64,000 bases of DNA from an uncultured Muribaculaceae bacterium (GCA_910588035.1 CAJUPY010000007.1:38381-102380); one strand, 5' to 3'; numbered from the stretch's first letter, positions 1 through 8,089 are shown. Program-made: numbers and translations. Notes: generated by a model not told the origin, from the sequence alone.

Positions 1-817
1 CGCTGACATCAATACCAATCAACAGACGGGTTGTATAAGGGTGTATCACTCCCATCTGCTCCCAGCCATACCGGCGGCTCGGACGCATGCGGGTGAGTCG
101 ACGTTCATTCGATAGTATCGAAGCCTTGAAGAGTCCGAGTTGACGGCGTATATTGATAGATTTTTCAATGGATACCTTCAAAAGTTCTTTCAACTCTCCC
201 GGAAACGAGCCCCATGAGTTTGTGACCATCGCATGCTCAATCATAGAGTTCATGCGTTCGCAAGCGAAGTCATCATCCTCCCATAGAGCAGACGTGTCAC
301 GGTTGCTGTCAGACATCAGATGACTATATGCTTTGGACGCAAATTCTTTATCTTGTGCAGACTTCGACAGAGTTTCCTTGTCCCCTGTATCAGTTGACCG
401 GGAGGTCAAATCCTCAACTCTATGAGCCAAAATATTGTAGTATCTTTCAAAAGACTCTTTTTGAGGTAGCAAAGGAGTTCTGCCATTGAAAGGATTTATG
501 TGCGTTGCGCCGTGTTGGTAAATTGTATAGTCGCTCGCTACGGTAAGGATTTCCCGGATTGCGTTGATGGGTTGGCGTTGGTAGGGATGTTTGAGCAATA
601 TGCGGATAACTTCACGCCGAAGCAGTTGTTCAATCATCACTTTGCTAAACAGCGACAAAAGTGCAGGATTGTATTCAATCCTCATTTTACCGGAACGGAT
701 AGGGCACAACATATCGGCGTTCTCCTCCACACGATGAGAACACAACGCACTGAAAAGCAATGGTTCCGTGAGAAACCAACGCTCTGACAATTTTGTGATA
801 CACGTGCCCAGGTCCAT
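1..817 (-). CDS. VWA-domain protein with DUF2201_N-like (metallopeptidase-like) N-terminal region; C-terminus lies beyond the left window edge
   Basis: Absent from the ORF track because it runs off the edge. My translation of the minus strand from ATG 817..815 stays open to nt 1: MDLGTCITKLSERWFLTEPLLF...LLRREVIRILLKHPYQR...RMRPSRRYGWEQMGVIHPYTTRLLIGIDVS. The last residues (hhhGxDxS) look like the start of a VWA MIDAS motif. The start is 4 nt after the stop of the upstream ORF, so it is operonic with the AAA+ gene. Confidence 0.6.
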   Translation of the reverse strand, partial: MDLGTCITKLSERWFLTEPLLFSALCSHRVEENADMLCPIRSGKMRIEYNPALLSLFSKVMIEQLLRREVIRILLKHPYQRQPINAIREILTVASDYTIYQHGATHINPFNGRTPLLPQKESFERYYNILAHRVEDLTSRSTDTGDKETLSKSAQDKEFASKAYSHLMSDSNRDTSALWEDDDFACERMNSMIEHAMVTNSWGSFPGELKELLKVSIEKSINIRRQLGLFKASILSNERRLTRMRPSRRYGWEQMGVIHPYTTRLLIGIDVS

Positions 818-821
818 AGGT

Positions 822-1295
822 TTATAATTTATAACCGGTCAGTAATGATACGTCGGAATCCAGTTTATCTATGCGATATAACTCTTTCAAACATTCAGCA
901 ATCGAGGTAAGTCGTTCGGTTTCAGCAAGGAAATTTTTTAAACTTTTCCATGTCATTAATACATTTCCTTTTTGTGGCAACTGAAAGACTATATGAGGCG
1001 ACATTCCAACACCCGACCACTGCCACATTACGTTGGTAGTTAACATTATTCCCTCGGGCAGGCAGTTAGCAGCCAACGCGGAAAGGACTCGCTGGCGAAA
1101 CAGCTTCTCTTTTGCGAATTTTATATCGAATGCGTTATTTGCGGCAGCAAGGGAGATGAGCCGAATTACTTCTTCTTCTGAAAGTTTCTCAATAAACCCT
1201 CGCTTATTGGATGACTGCCATTTTAAAGAACCGGCCTTGGTAATACGATAGTGAATATCGGAGAACGACAGATCGTTTTCATTCCATGATATCAC
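822..1295 (-). CDS. Hypothetical protein; C-terminal part of a 442-codon paralog of 3338..4654, separated from 1353..2147 by one in-frame TAA
   Basis: Same reading frame as 1353..2147. The 19 codons upstream of its ATG (YGYTDQGEFIIRYENSDDY) also align to the paralog (EYGYTDNHEFVIHYPNERNY). The C-terminal region aligns along its length (WSGVGM, W+SLK.FL, ELY+.D). Confidence 0.6.
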   Translation of the reverse strand: MISWNENDLSFSDIHYRITKAGSLKWQSSNKRGFIEKLSEEEVIRLISLAAANNAFDIKFAKEKLFRQRVLSALAANCLPEGIMLTTNVMWQWSGVGMSPHIVFQLPQKGNVLMTWKSLKNFLAETERLTSIAECLKELYRIDKLDSDVSLLTGYKL

Positions 1296-1352
1296 ATAAT
1301 CATCACTGTTTTCGTAACGAATGATAAACTCTCCTTGATCGGTATAGCCATA

Positions 1353-2147
1353 TTAAAGTTTAAGTTTTTTCAAGAGCTTAACGAGCTCTTTAGATTTCGG
1401 CTTATTTGAAGACTTGGTGGTATATGGAGTATATTTCGAGCTAAAACCCAACTTTTTTGAATAGTCTTTAGATAGCCCATCCGTAAAAAACAATTGGTCT
1501 TCCCGAATTCTACCGTTAGCGCCAATCAAGGATGCAGCCCCCGATGAGAGTAACGACATATTAATCTGTTGACGGGTTCTCAGTATTCTCTCTATGCCTT
1601 CTTCGTAATTGTCTGAGCCAACATTAGTACGCAGCAGTACACCCGGCAGCAGTTCAGTGCGGATACTTACTCCAAAAGTATCGTCAGGCCACATAAATCC
1701 ATAGCATTTATACTCAGTGTCATCTGTCAATTCAGCCGATAAAACAGACTCCACAAGAGTTTTCAGCACATCTCTTTGTTTCTCCTTGGATATTACCTTT
1801 TCCTGTTCAGTTCTAAGCGCATCCAGAGCCTCAGCCATACGTTTTAAGCGCGGAATCATACTTTGTAATGCTTCCGGAGCGAATGAAAACGGTTGTATCG
1901 TTTTATTCTCTGCATACATATCAATGCGATACATATTCCCATTCTCAGTAGAACGAATACTTGCAGTGATGAAATAATCATCAGCAACAATTATCTTGAA
2001 AGAATTGTCGGAATAATTATATTCGAAATCAAATCCTGCCTGTTCAAGTTGAGCAGGAATAATTTGTGATAGGTCCGGGAGTGGTATTTCTATTTTCTCA
2101 ATAGAATTTATTATCTCCCACAAATTTGATTCGGTTATTTTTGCCAT
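1353..2147 (-). CDS. Hypothetical protein; N-terminal part of the split paralog of 3338..4654
   Basis: 264-aa ORF. It aligns to residues ~1-265 of the 438-aa protein (PLP.L....IP...EQAGF.FEY, SFKIIV.D, LSKDY.KK.G, KPKS.EL+K.L.KLKL). It ends at TAA 1353..1355, where the paralog has Glu. The start is 1 nt downstream of the AAA+ stop. Confidence 0.65.
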   Translation of the reverse strand: MAKITESNLWEIINSIEKIEIPLPDLSQIIPAQLEQAGFDFEYNYSDNSFKIIVADDYFITASIRSTENGNMYRIDMYAENKTIQPFSFAPEALQSMIPRLKRMAEALDALRTEQEKVISKEKQRDVLKTLVESVLSAELTDDTEYKCYGFMWPDDTFGVSIRTELLPGVLLRTNVGSDNYEEGIERILRTRQQINMSLLSSGAASLIGANGRIREDQLFFTDGLSKDYSKKLGFSSKYTPYTTKSSNKPKSKELVKLLKKLKL

Positions 2148-2148
2148 A

Positions 2149-3216
2149 TCAGTTAGTGCTCTTTATAAAGTTACTGAATTCAAGAATTAGCTGCGGTAGT
2201 TTCTTTGCAAGATAGCCATTGGCTTTGGGATAGCTGCCGCCAAGAAATGCATTGATAAAGTAAGCGTATGCCTCACGCTTGCCGGCATCCTGCAACCATT
2301 GGAAATATGACGAAATATTCTTCTGCATTGGCTCCGTGAATTGCGCAACCCCCTTCAACGAATTGAGCGCCTCGAGAATATCATCATTGAGTAGGGTGAA
2401 ATTCTCCACCGGGAATTGCTCTAATTTTGGAAGAACGGCGTCAAAAGATTTCAGAACATCCATTCCTGTCACACTCCCATCGTTCAGTGACTCTACAAAC
2501 TCTGAAGCTGCTTTTGCGCCAACAATACCTGCAATCATTTTTGCCAGAACAGGAGTGATCTCCGGTTGTCCCGCTATGGCTTTGGCCACGCGTTCCCACG
2601 CTCGGCGGTCGGGCGTTTTGTCAAGCGCGTTGGCTGTAGGGTCAAAGCGGCTGTCGAGCATCGACGGTTTCCGCTGAATGAATGACACAACACGCGGGTC
2701 AAGATCCTGCGATTTGGCCCATTTCAACCAGTCATTAGCCGTTGGACGCAGATTGTAGATATTGAAACGCGATACCAGCGCAGGGTCCAGATCTCCCACC
2801 TGATATTCCTCTCCATCGTTAACAGCTGAAACAATTCGACTTCCTTCAGGCAGTTTGCGCCCAGCAAGCTTGCGGTTCAACACAAGATCCATCACCGTCT
2901 GAAGCATTTCAGGTCGGGCACGGTTCAGCTCATCGAGAAAGAGCACTATCGGCTTCCCATCTGTGGGAAACCAATATGGAGGCATGAAATCAGTTTTCCC
3001 GGTTGTTTCATTCAACCGAGGGAGTCCGATAAGGTCACCTGGGTCACTCATTTGTCCGAGAAACAAAGCGGTTACGGTTATGCCCTTGCCTGTGAAATAA
3101 TCTTCGACAATACGAGATTTACCAATGCCGTGACTACCCACGAGCATAATATTTTGGTCGGCCGGTGTCGACTCAAAAATCTCATATAACTCTTTTACAC
3201 TGATTCCGATTGCCAT
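2149..3216 (-). CDS. MoxR-like AAA+ ATPase (AAA_5 type, CbbQ/NorQ/YehL-like)
   Basis: Walker A GSHGIGKS, Walker B VLFLDELNRA, sensor/Arg-finger region DPALVSRF. Size is 355 aa with a single AAA+ module. It is followed in the operon by a VWA protein, the classical MoxR partner. Confidence 0.85.
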   Translation of the reverse strand: MAIGISVKELYEIFESTPADQNIMLVGSHGIGKSRIVEDYFTGKGITVTALFLGQMSDPGDLIGLPRLNETTGKTDFMPPYWFPTDGKPIVLFLDELNRARPEMLQTVMDLVLNRKLAGRKLPEGSRIVSAVNDGEEYQVGDLDPALVSRFNIYNLRPTANDWLKWAKSQDLDPRVVSFIQRKPSMLDSRFDPTANALDKTPDRRAWERVAKAIAGQPEITPVLAKMIAGIVGAKAASEFVESLNDGSVTGMDVLKSFDAVLPKLEQFPVENFTLLNDDILEALNSLKGVAQFTEPMQKNISSYFQWLQDAGKREAYAYFINAFLGGSYPKANGYLAKKLPQLILEFSNFIKSTN

Positions 3217-3337
3217 TTGATTTACATTTAATACTTATGGAGTGTTAGTTTGGATAGAGATAGACATTCCCCGCGACTCGGCGAAGCAATCCGCCGTACA
3301 CTGCGTTCATAGTTTAGAGACATTGCTATATTCGAGT

Positions 3338-4654
3338 TTATCCTGTGGTAATCTTGACATTCGAATCAGTTGAATCTAATTTGTAAAGTTCGCCGATGAT
3401 ATGAGCTACTTTCTCCAGGCCGTCTGTGTCGTTTAGGAATTCTTTCAGACTTCTCCAACGAATTCGGATAAGGCCGCCTTTAGGAAGGCCCACTGCAAAC
3501 TCCAAAAACATACCAACCCCAGACCATTCTAATTGCGAAGAATAGAGCAGAAGCGTTTCGGCGGGCATGATGTTTTTAGTCATTGCAATCAGTAAAATGC
3601 GACGAAAAGTTGCGTCTGAGCCTGGTTCAGGGGGAAATGCACCATGTTGGAAAGCCAGAGTTATAAATTTAATAACCTCCGATTCTGTTAGTTTTTCAAC
3701 GAGCCCATTTTTAAAAGACTTGCGACGCCTCTTAAACTCTCCTTTCGGGGTGATATTGTACTGGATATCGTAGAACTTAGAATCATCTTCGTTCCACATC
3801 AGAACATAATTTCGTTCATTGGGATAGTGAATCACAAACTCATGATTGTCGGTGTAGCCATACTCCAGTTTCAGCTTTTCTAAAGTTTTTATGAGCTGTG
3901 TTGACTTTGGCTTATACATCTGTGATTTAATCGAATACGGCACGAAGTCAGCCCCGAATAATTTTTTTGTCTCTTTGGTGTAGTCCTTGTTAAGACCATT
4001 CGCCAGTCGGCCGCCACGATAGCCAATCGATAAACCATCCATTTTAGGAAAGACTCCGGTGCCGAACTCGGTCGAAAATTGGGTTACAACTCTTAGGTGG
4101 TTATCTAATACATCAGTATAGTTACTTGGTACATCTGTCCGGATGTAGGAGGAAAGTGTTACTGTCGGAAACAGCTCTGTACACACCACTATGCATGGTT
4201 TTCTATTTTCGTCTCTCCCTAAGAGGCACTTATACGGGACCACCATATTGTGTGTTTCGAGATATGACCTGATGAGTTGGCCCATATCTGCATTTTCGGT
4301 TTGTTTGGCCTTAAGTTTCTGTAAATATGCTTCAGTCTTTCTTAGTTTCGGCATATATGAGAAAAAGTTGTCGGGCTCAAAACAATTATTATCACTGCTT
4401 ACATCTCCGGCATATATTATCACTTGATAACGCTTGATTCCATCGGCGTGTTGAACTATTGTAGCCTCCATACGAAGTTCATCATTCACGATGATTTTAA
4501 ATGAGCAGTCTTCCGGGCTGAACTCGTATGTGAACCCGGCTTCCTGAAACATTTGGGGGATGACAGTTTCCAAATCTAATTTTGGTAACGGTTCATCTGT
4601 CATCCATATATCATCAATTTTGTCTATAAATTGCTGAGGGTTAACAAAATTCAT
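3338..4654 (-). CDS. Hypothetical protein (438 aa), intact paralog of the split gene 822..2147
   Basis: Long ORF in operon orientation. It shows end-to-end similarity to 1353..2147 plus 822..1352. I recognise no family motif. Confidence 0.7.
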   Translation of the reverse strand: MNFVNPQQFIDKIDDIWMTDEPLPKLDLETVIPQMFQEAGFTYEFSPEDCSFKIIVNDELRMEATIVQHADGIKRYQVIIYAGDVSSDNNCFEPDNFFSYMPKLRKTEAYLQKLKAKQTENADMGQLIRSYLETHNMVVPYKCLLGRDENRKPCIVVCTELFPTVTLSSYIRTDVPSNYTDVLDNHLRVVTQFSTEFGTGVFPKMDGLSIGYRGGRLANGLNKDYTKETKKLFGADFVPYSIKSQMYKPKSTQLIKTLEKLKLEYGYTDNHEFVIHYPNERNYVLMWNEDDSKFYDIQYNITPKGEFKRRRKSFKNGLVEKLTESEVIKFITLAFQHGAFPPEPGSDATFRRILLIAMTKNIMPAETLLLYSSQLEWSGVGMFLEFAVGLPKGGLIRIRWRSLKEFLNDTDGLEKVAHIIGELYKLDSTDSNVKITTG

Positions 4655-4684
4655 CTTGTTCAGATATTTGTAAATGGTATTGAT

Positions 4685-5050
4685 TTAGTTATATATTACG
4701 TTGATTTTGATATTTACGGGTTGGTCGGGGGACTTGGTGTAGCCCCAGGCGATGGAGGGTTGGGAGGGGATGTTGCAGAGTTCGTTGGCATAGAGTGCCA
4801 TCTGCCACATTTTGCAGCAGTATTGCTCTCGCACCGACAGGTTGAAAACGATGTCGGAGGCTTCTTTCAGGCCGGGGAGGGCGAGAAACTGTTGCATCAC
4901 ATCCTCAATCTCGTTGCCTTGGAGGGAGTGGAATTGCACTTCGCCGCCTCCTTGAAGCAGGGGCGCGATGTCCTTGTCCCAGTCGAGGGCTATTAGGCGT
5001 TCTCCTTCGGTGGGGATAAACGCCTGCCTTATGTTGTTGATGTCAATCAT
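4685..5050 (-). CDS. Hypothetical protein (121 aa)
   Basis: The ORF start overlaps the stop of the upstream ORF by 1 nt (TAATG), suggesting translational coupling. No recognisable motif. Confidence 0.5.
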   Translation of the reverse strand: MIDINNIRQAFIPTEGERLIALDWDKDIAPLLQGGGEVQFHSLQGNEIEDVMQQFLALPGLKEASDIVFNLSVREQYCCKMWQMALYANELCNIPSQPSIAWGYTKSPDQPVNIKINVIYN

Positions 5051-5511
5051 TAATTCAGGAAGGGAAGTGAGAGTTCGTACTCCTCGGGGAACATGTCGTC
5101 GCCCTCGTCGATTTCATCTTCGGGTGAAGACTCCACCCCGAGAGCAGCGTAGGAGCGTGAGGCATCGTTGGTGATAACACCTTCGTGTGCGGCATCATAT
5201 ATTACATATACGGCTTTAACCATCCCATTAATAGCCTTGATGGGGTCGTAGAGCTGGGGGATGTAGTTGTTGGTCTCGATGTCGATTACGAATTTGCCAA
5301 GCAGCTGCTTTTGCTCCACCTTTTCAAACTGCTTCTCGCTGTCGCCGTTGGCCTCGATCTGCGCCTTGGCTACGATAACCATAGCCGCTTCAATAGCCTC
5401 GGCTGTGCCTTTGAGGATGAAGATGGTATGCACAGGATTGACGGGACAGCTGTAAGGCAACCCACTCTCGTCAATGTCGTGATAGTAGAATTCTGAATAG
5501 TCGTTACTCAT
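5050..5511 (-). CDS. Hypothetical acidic protein (153 aa) with a strongly acidic C-terminal tail
   Basis: I take the internal Met (MSNDYSEFYYHD...) at 5511, 5 nt after the stop of 5517..5765. The 218-aa version in the track would overlap that gene by about 190 nt. The tail is SSPEDEIDEGDDMFPEEYELSLPFLN. Confidence 0.5.
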   Translation of the reverse strand: MSNDYSEFYYHDIDESGLPYSCPVNPVHTIFILKGTAEAIEAAMVIVAKAQIEANGDSEKQFEKVEQKQLLGKFVIDIETNNYIPQLYDPIKAINGMVKAVYVIYDAAHEGVITNDASRSYAALGVESSPEDEIDEGDDMFPEEYELSLPFLN

Positions 5512-5516
5512 AGTGG

Positions 5517-5765
5517 TTAGTTTATTAAAGCGATGAAGGCTCGGCGCATGTCGGAAATGAACTGTCCGAAACGGGGATTGCGGAACATGGTCCAGGGGCG
5601 AAGCAGCAACAGCCACATGGCGGCCGCCACCCATAGTGCAATCTTGATCCAAAGCGTCTCGATTACTGTGACAGCAATTACGGCCATCACTACGGGCACA
5701 CCCCACAGCGACAGCAAAAATGCCAACATCAGCACCACCATTGTCAGTAATCTCAGTTTCGACAT
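5517..5765 (-). CDS. Small membrane protein (82 aa, about 2-3 TM helices)
   Basis: Hydrophobic stretches LLTMVVLMLAFLLSLWGVPVVMAVIAVTVI and IALWVAAAMWLLLL. Operonic position. Confidence 0.5.
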   Translation of the reverse strand: MSKLRLLTMVVLMLAFLLSLWGVPVVMAVIAVTVIETLWIKIALWVAAAMWLLLLRPWTMFRNPRFGQFISDMRRAFIALIN

Positions 5766-5876
5766 CTTATTAAAATCTTGTTATTCATACCATCAGCGAA
5801 GATAGCCAATACCGTACAAAACGGACGGGAAATGCGCCTGTTCAAGACTTGTTCTTGCACTCTTTAGCGATATGCT

Positions 5877-6479
5877 TCATTCCTTTGTGGCATCTCTGAG
5901 TGAAGCGACTTTGCTAACGAGATTGGTCGCGAAGTCAGGGTCTTTCCAATAGGGAAAACCACGATCTCCTTGGTATTTTCCGAGCAGGCCACCGAGATCA
6001 TTCCACATCAATTTGCGATACTGCTTTTCGTCAAGCGAAGTTAGGTCAAAGTCGGGAAACCACTGATGGATAAGCCATTTGTAAGCATCTTCGGGAATCG
6101 CTTCGCCGCATTTGTTCTTAGTGAGTTGTCCAAGCAGTGCATTGGGCATATCCATCTCAAACAGATAGCAGCAATGACCTACATCGCCCGGGGCAATCAT
6201 GAGGTCGAAAACTATCAATTCTACTTCCGACATAGGAGCCTGCTGATACTTGGCTGTAAAGTTTTTCACTTCCACACAGATGCCATAGTTGACATTGCCC
6301 TTTTCGAGCGTGTCAAGCAGGTGGGCGGCTGCTGCGCGTGTGGTTTCATCGGGGCAGCGCACTTCAAGCAGCCAGTCGCGCTGTGTTTTGCCCTCGTGTT
6401 CTTCGAGCCATGCTTTCATGGCCTCAAGTTTACTGAAGTTGTTCATATTGTGGTCGATGATTAATTCATTTTGAAACAT
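5877..6479 (-). CDS. Hypothetical protein (~200 aa)
   Basis: ORF 5877..6515. Candidate starts are 6515, 6479 (MFQNELII...) and 6446 (MNNFSKLE...), so the start is uncertain. No recognised motif. Confidence 0.5.
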   Translation of the reverse strand: MFQNELIIDHNMNNFSKLEAMKAWLEEHEGKTQRDWLLEVRCPDETTRAAAAHLLDTLEKGNVNYGICVEVKNFTAKYQQAPMSEVELIVFDLMIAPGDVGHCCYLFEMDMPNALLGQLTKNKCGEAIPEDAYKWLIHQWFPDFDLTSLDEKQYRKLMWNDLGGLLGKYQGDRGFPYWKDPDFATNLVSKVASLRDATKE

Positions 6480-7044
6480 TTTTAACCCAGTCGTGCATCT
6501 GTTGAAAATGTTCATTCGGTTCTGGGTCTCCCAGGCAGATGATCAAAATGGCAATCAGTATGAACACTACAAGCAGCGCACCGCCAATTGTAATCCATTC
6601 ACGCGTTTCCTGTTTGAGTTCGAGCCATTTGGGATAGCGACGTGCGATGAGTTTGTCGAGCGCATTGGGGCCTGATTCCTTTCGAGGAGAATTTTTGCCT
6701 GCGTTGGCCAAAGGATTTTCTCCTCGGGCAATCTGAGCGTCAATATCCAATAAAGCCTGAGAATTGCCCACGGCTGTTATCATTTTAATCTCATCAGAAG
6801 ACACTACCGTTCCTTTAAGGAATGTTTCTCCGACATATGCAGCCATTTCGCCATTATAGCCATCGCGCATTCCCATTTTGAATTCGATATATTTCTCAAT
6901 AGGTATCTCAACCGGCTTACTTAGCCTGTCACGATGTTTTGTCCCGGGTGGAACCTCAAACATCACACGAACTTTATCACTCATACATTCAGATGCTAAA
7001 CGATGGATGAAAGGTCTCTCTTTAAAAAATAACCTTTCATCCAC
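6466..7044 (-). CDS. Hypothetical tail-anchored membrane protein (192 aa)
   Basis: Single C-terminal TM segment WITIGGALLVVFILIAILIICLG. It starts 16 nt downstream of the 67-aa ORF. Confidence 0.5.
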   Translation of the reverse strand: MDERLFFKERPFIHRLASECMSDKVRVMFEVPPGTKHRDRLSKPVEIPIEKYIEFKMGMRDGYNGEMAAYVGETFLKGTVVSSDEIKMITAVGNSQALLDIDAQIARGENPLANAGKNSPRKESGPNALDKLIARRYPKWLELKQETREWITIGGALLVVFILIAILIICLGDPEPNEHFQQMHDWVKNVSK

Positions 7045-7060
7045 CCTTTGGATTAAGTTT

Positions 7061-7264
7061 TTATCTCAGTTCCTCGCGACGACAGTTGAGCTGAATGTGC
7101 TGGGTGTCAGGACGCAGACCATACTTGCGCTCGAAAGCGTCTTTTGCATTGTCATAGTCAAAGCCGCCACTCATGTTGCTGGGAGCCTCAACTGAAGCAC
7201 CTTTGGGAATACATCCACCATTGCAATAGATATTGTCAGTCACTGTTAGTCTGTAAAGTACCAT
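7061..7264 (-). CDS. Small protein (67 aa) with a CNGGC motif, function unknown
   Basis: ATG at 7264, 27 nt after the amidohydrolase stop. It is preceded at -24 by the same conserved ~29-39-nt element found upstream of the 45-aa peptide ORF. Confidence 0.45.
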   Translation of the reverse strand: MVLYRLTVTDNIYCNGGCIPKGASVEAPSNMSGGFDYDNAKDAFERKYGLRPDTQHIQLNCRREELR

Positions 7265-7287
7265 ATTTTAATAATTTAAGGTGTTTT

Positions 7288-7326
7288 GTGCCTACGTCCT
7301 TTCAAGCGATTCGGCTGATTCTATGT
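7288..7326 (-). repeat. Copy A of an imperfect direct repeat, 23 nt upstream of the 67-aa ORF start
   Basis: Base-by-base alignment with 9774..9812 (offset 2486): 25/29 identical in the core (gtgcctacNNcctttcaagcgNNtcggct) and 31/39 overall. Copy A overlaps the last codons of the amidohydrolase (..AESLERT*). Confidence 0.6.
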
Positions 7327-8089
7327 ATGATTGGGACTCTCCCACAGCTTTCGTTAGGTAGAGTCGTTTGAAGTTGTTGGTCAGAACATCATCTGATATG
7401 TCGTTGGAGAAGTGTATTTGCAGCCAATCAATCCGACTTTTAAGATACTCTGTTGTATCTTTATGTCCGAAATGCTCGGTTATGGGACAATCCGACCCAA
7501 ACAGGATACGTTTATCCAACCCACTCTTGACGTAAGACGCTATGTCAGATACCTCCATGAAAGCGGTATCGACAAATGTATTATGGTATTTTGACAAGAG
7601 AGCCAGCGATTCGTCATTGGGCCGACCATGAGCTAATATAAATTGTCGGTCAGGATTCATCCGTATCAATCTGTCGAACACAGCAGCATGACATTCCGGG
7701 AATAATCCGGTATGCAGCAGAACCGGTAAGTGACTTAATCGGGAATCCTTTATAACTCTGTCAACAAGCGATTCATCATAAAAGAACTGTGGATGTGACT
7801 GCCAATGCATTTTAATCCCTTGCCAGTTGACGCCGGAATCAAGCATCTTGTCTATGGCATTTGTCTCTATCATCTTTGGAGTTACCCACAGGAATGGATA
7901 GCAGTTATCGGCCCATTCTTCTTGCAGCCAGCTCATTTCATGGATTACCAAGTCGTATTCCTCCGCGCATGTAGAGGTTGATGACACTGCAATCGTATCC
8001 ACTCCGGCATTACGCAACATCACAGTCACGTCATCGGGTGAATGATAGCGGTCAACAAACCAACCTATATGCACATGCGCGTCAGTCAT
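7292..8089 (-). CDS. Metal-dependent TIM-barrel hydrolase (amidohydrolase_2-like)
   Basis: N-terminal DAHVHIG (HxH metal ligands), internal LLHTG and ILAHG, C-terminal ILFGSDCP (terminal Asp ligand). The start overlaps the radical SAM stop by 8 nt (ATGACTGA). Confidence 0.75.
   Translation of the reverse strand: MTDAHVHIGWFVDRYHSPDDVTVMLRNAGVDTIAVSSTSTCAEEYDLVIHEMSWLQEEWADNCYPFLWVTPKMIETNAIDKMLDSGVNWQGIKMHWQSHPQFFYDESLVDRVIKDSRLSHLPVLLHTGLFPECHAAVFDRLIRMNPDRQFILAHGRPNDESLALLSKYHNTFVDTAFMEVSDIASYVKSGLDKRILFGSDCPITEHFGHKDTTEYLKSRIDWLQIHFSNDISDDVLTNNFKRLYLTKAVGESQSYIESAESLERT

Noticed and set aside
500-787. 95-aa plus-strand ORF from the track.
   Set aside because: It lies antisense within the much longer minus-strand frame (1..817), which has a VWA/DUF2201-like sequence and operonic spacing. 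It has a GTG start and a low-complexity Arg/Cys/Phe-rich sequence.
5512-5706. N-terminal extension of ORF 5050..5706 (the 218-aa version).
   Set aside because: The extension overlaps almost the whole 82-aa membrane-protein gene in another frame and is Arg/His/Cys-rich. The Met at 5511 gives a 5-nt intergenic spacing.
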